64,000 nucleotides of DNA from Promethearchaeota archaeon (lineage in GTDB: Archaea; Asgardarchaeota; Lokiarchaeia; Sigyniarchaeales; SOKP01): positions 166,465 to 230,464 of the forward strand of contig JAHLWP010000002.1 of the NCBI GenBank assembly GCA_019057865.1, in the 5' to 3' direction. Positions 60,890 to 64,000 of the stretch are shown here, piece after piece (position 1 is the first letter of the stretch; the number at the start of each line of letters is the position of its first letter). The notes beneath the pieces were generated by a model. That model did not search any database. It was not told the origin of the DNA and saw only the letters and a list, made by a program, of their open reading frames with translations. A program made the translations under genes and the position numbers.

Positions 60890-61513
60890 TTATATATTAA
60901 AAGGTTTTAGATCTTGATTAAAAAACTCTTCATCTAATAAATTTTTTTTGGTTTTAAGAAAGTCAACTTCTTTTATTTCATCTCGATATTCATCAGGTAG
61001 CATTTGTGGAATTGTTTCTATTATAGGATACCAACGATAGCAATTTTTACAAAACAATAATCCTGATTCAATTTCAATTTCTAATTTTATTTTATTTATA
61101 AAAAAGAGCTCAGGAAGTAAATCTTCAATTTGATTAGGATTTACATTTTCGGAGAATTTAATAATCTTTGGTTTTATCTCTGATTTAATAATTTTAAAGC
61201 AGTTTTTGCTAATATCAAGATTAGTTTTGTCAGTAATGTTATCTAATTCATTAATACTTGCAATAATCAGTTCAAGGTATGTTGTACTTGGGCTTTTTTC
61301 CATAATAATATTATCTTTTAAAAAGAGTTTTTCGTTTTCCATTGAGATTTCAACTATTTTTTCTTGTTTAATATAATTTATATCTCTATTCCTGTATACA
61401 TTAATTATCGATTCGAATTCTTCTGGTTTAGTTTCAAAAGAAAAAATATATAATTCCAATGGGAAATGTTTATCAATAGGACAAGCCAATATATCGAATA
61501 ACCAAGGTTTCAT
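60890..61513 (-). CDS. Trm112-like protein with a long central insertion
   Basis: MKPWLFDILACPIDK...IESGLLFCKNCYRWYPIIETIPQML. Confidence 0.85.
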   Translation of the reverse strand: MKPWLFDILACPIDKHFPLELYIFSFETKPEEFESIINVYRNRDINYIKQEKIVEISMENEKLFLKDNIIMEKSPSTTYLELIIASINELDNITDKTNLDISKNCFKIIKSEIKPKIIKFSENVNPNQIEDLLPELFFINKIKLEIEIESGLLFCKNCYRWYPIIETIPQMLPDEYRDEIKEVDFLKTKKNLLDEEFFNQDLKPFNI

Positions 61514-61712
61514 TTTTTTTCTACACTCTTCGATTTGATAAATGATCTTTAAAATTTCTATGTTTTAATCAAACAAATAGGTGCTCAAGATATATTGAAA
61601 ATTTAATTAAGGTAATAAAATTTTTTTAGATAATCAAGAGCATGTTTAATAAATATTTCAATCGATTATAATATAATAATCTTGATATTTTTAAAATAAT
61701 TTTATAATCAAA

Positions 61713-63557
61713 TTATATAAGATAGCTTCTTAATTGTTGAATAAATTTATTGATATTTCTATCAATTTTCTTTCTCCTTTTCTTGAAATCATCTGATAAT
61801 TTCAAATAAGCTGCTCTTGAAGGCAGTCTTCCCCGTTTATACCGAGTTTCTAAAAGATTCAAGCCATCTTTAACACTTATTCGCTCAGCTTCTAGAACAT
61901 CCAATTTTTTTACAATATTATTAAAAGTTTCATTTGTTTCCATTACAACTTTTTTAAATGGAATTATTTCTTTTTGAATTTCCTCGATTTTTTTTGTGTT
62001 TTTATTTAAAATACTTTGATACTTCTTTTTTGCCATTTTTTTTCTTTTTGCATCTTCTTCTGCTTGTCTAATTTCTAGAGCTATAGCGTTTTTTTCCTCA
62101 TATAAAGAGCAAAATTCTCGGATTTCATCTATAGGGATGAATTCCTTCTTAATTGCAGCTGAGTCATATTCTCTCTTTCTTGTTTTTATTAGTAAAACGT
62201 AAAAAGATGCAATTGAAGATATAACTATTATAAAAATGATAGGTCTTAAGAGCATATCAAATAGATCAATTGTAAATGTGAATTGTATTAATTTATTTTC
62301 TAAGGGACTTACATAATTAGACCTATAGATCAATATAGTCTTACCTTTAGAATTTTTAATGGCATCTGGAGGATCGGTGATATCATCGATTTTATAGCAT
62401 CCATCAATAACAATTTTAACGGTTTGTTCTCTTCCCAAAAAATCATATTTAGTTGTTAAAATATCGATTTTAATTGATTCTTGGAACCAATTTAATGAAC
62501 AAAATTTTTCAAAAGGTAAATAATATTCTACTGTAAATTTAAATGTTGAATTTGGTGCCATTGTCACTCGATTTTCTTCTAAATCAATGGTTAAAATACC
62601 AGAGGTATCAATTGTTGCTCCTAAAATTTCACCTAAATCATCTGAGATATATACATTTCTTGCAGATTTAAGAAGTTTCAATGAATATGCCTTAACATCT
62701 ATCAATCCATCATTTTTTAGTAAGAAATCTTCTTTAACTCTTAGGATCCCCCAGGGTGAAATGAAAATTTCTCGAATAATTTCTTTCGCTTCTAACCTTG
62801 CATAGCTATTATCAATGAGAGAGATTGATGTATATCTATAATTATTCAAATTTTCTAAGAAGGGTTCTATATAATTGTCACCAAGTTCACTTTCGATATA
62901 TTCCAAATCATAAATAACTAATTGATAACCTGGAACTATAGAGTGCCACTCATCATTTGTTTTTAATTCTTGAGCAGAATCTGGAAAATCAAAAACAGCT
63001 CTCATATTTTTTCCTGATTTGTACGGTAGAAGTGGAAAAATATAACCTGTGAAATAAACTCCTTGTCTTGGACCTGGTTCAATTTGAGTATACAAAAGAT
63101 TTCTAAATGTCTGACTAAAGATTATAGTTTTTGATTGGTGTGGTAATAGAGGAGAATCGAAATATATTGCTATCATTTCATAAGCATCCATTACCATATA
63201 GGAACGCTCAGTTAGTAATGTGTTCCCCCCAATTCCAGTACCTTCCAAAAAAACTAGATAATCTGAATATTCTTTAGGAATTGCAATAAAAACTGATGTA
63301 ATAGGATTACTGTTTAAATTTTTAAATATTATTTCATCTCTAAAATGCATTAAATCATATTGACTTATATTGACTGCGCGACTAATATTAGTAATTAAAA
63401 TATTCTCTGCCCCTTCCAAATTAGGTGAGAGTTTTGGATTTTCTGTACTGTTTTGATTAATATAATTTATTTCAGATGAATTTGAGATAAATGAAAATAT
63501 TGCAGTAATTAACAGAATTACTGTGAAAACAAATAAAATATTTTTTCTTTTTAACAT
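61713..63557 (-). CDS. Ribophorin I (RPN1/Ost1) homolog
   Basis: Signal/anchor; REIFISPWG.L.VKE and DDLGEI luminal motifs; single TM; cytosolic helical tail. Confidence 0.8.
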   Translation of the reverse strand: MLKRKNILFVFTVILLITAIFSFISNSSEINYINQNSTENPKLSPNLEGAENILITNISRAVNISQYDLMHFRDEIIFKNLNSNPITSVFIAIPKEYSDYLVFLEGTGIGGNTLLTERSYMVMDAYEMIAIYFDSPLLPHQSKTIIFSQTFRNLLYTQIEPGPRQGVYFTGYIFPLLPYKSGKNMRAVFDFPDSAQELKTNDEWHSIVPGYQLVIYDLEYIESELGDNYIEPFLENLNNYRYTSISLIDNSYARLEAKEIIREIFISPWGILRVKEDFLLKNDGLIDVKAYSLKLLKSARNVYISDDLGEILGATIDTSGILTIDLEENRVTMAPNSTFKFTVEYYLPFEKFCSLNWFQESIKIDILTTKYDFLGREQTVKIVIDGCYKIDDITDPPDAIKNSKGKTILIYRSNYVSPLENKLIQFTFTIDLFDMLLRPIIFIIVISSIASFYVLLIKTRKREYDSAAIKKEFIPIDEIREFCSLYEEKNAIALEIRQAEEDAKRKKMAKKKYQSILNKNTKKIEEIQKEIIPFKKVVMETNETFNNIVKKLDVLEAERISVKDGLNLLETRYKRGRLPSRAAYLKLSDDFKKRRKKIDRNINKFIQQLRSYLI

Positions 63558-63714
63558 ATAATTATTTAATCTTCCTTAAATTATCTAAAAATAATTAAAA
63601 CAATTTATAAAAATTTATTAAAATTTTATTTTTAAACTTTCAGATAAAATTTTATATTTTCTTGGTTATTTATTTAATACATAGTTTTTAATTAATTGTT
63701 GGATTTTTTTAAAA

Positions 63715-63936
63715 ATGTCGTCTCGTACAAGTCAATCAAGGCGTAAGAAAAGAAGAAGCGGGAGTGCTCCAATGCCAATGGGAGGAGCTGGATTAATGAG
63801 ATTCTTTGAGGATAGTTCAATAGGCATTAAAGTGGGACCTATAAGTACACTAATATTATCTGTTTCATTAATTCTAATCGTAATCCTTGCTCATGCGCAT
63901 ATCTTTGATTGGTTATTTACTCCTGGAGGAGGTTAA
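63715..63936 (+). CDS. secG: Preprotein translocase subunit Sec61beta
   Basis: AGLMRFFED...IKVGP motif followed by a TM helix ending in LAH. Confidence 0.92.
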   Translation: MSSRTSQSRRKKRRSGSAPMPMGGAGLMRFFEDSSIGIKVGPISTLILSVSLILIVILAHAHIFDWLFTPGGG

Positions 63937-64000
63937 AGTTACTTCTTTTTTTTAATTTAGTATTTAAGTATTTATTTTTTTTTAATGTTTTTCCAATGAT

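Noticed and set aside
1057-62805. Numerous 60-130 aa ORFs antisense to or nested in assigned genes
   Set aside because: These are shadow ORFs of well-supported genes.
1-64000. Selenoprotein genes or SECIS elements near the Sec machinery
   Set aside because: None of the TGA-terminated ORFs I checked shows a convincing read-through extension, and I saw no SECIS by eye; a covariance search is needed to exclude them.
1-64000. CRISPR arrays, transposases, integrases or proviral genes
   Set aside because: None seen; the repeats present are intragenic or gene duplications.

Overview
AT-rich archaeal chromosomal segment, most likely from an Asgard archaeon (Lokiarchaeia-like). This is inferred from the selenocysteine machinery together with ribophorin I, an OSTC/DC2-like protein, roadblock, RING and LRR proteins. 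The window holds a Sec locus (SepSecS, tRNA-Sec, SelB), the S19-L15 ribosomal protein operon, RNA modification and repair genes, a peptide ABC transporter and N-glycosylation/translocon genes. I saw no mobile element or CRISPR array. The main discovery candidate is bulge-helix-bulge (BHB) splicing that extends beyond ordinary tRNA introns. (1) The ribosomal protein uS3 gene is interrupted after codon 7 by a 31-nt insert that folds into a near-perfect BHB motif. Removing it at the canonical cut sites restores the conserved N-terminus, and retaining it gives a stop after 9 codons, so it is a candidate archaeal pre-mRNA intron. (2) All three complete tRNA genes carry introns, five in total and at least four at non-canonical positions: tRNA-Sec (two), tRNA-Ile(UAU) (two) and tRNA-Gln (one). 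(3) An orphan tRNA 3' exon (exactly positions 38-73, preceded by half a BHB) is a candidate trans-spliced split tRNA-Pro. All calls come from reading the sequence by eye; no searches or folding programs were run.
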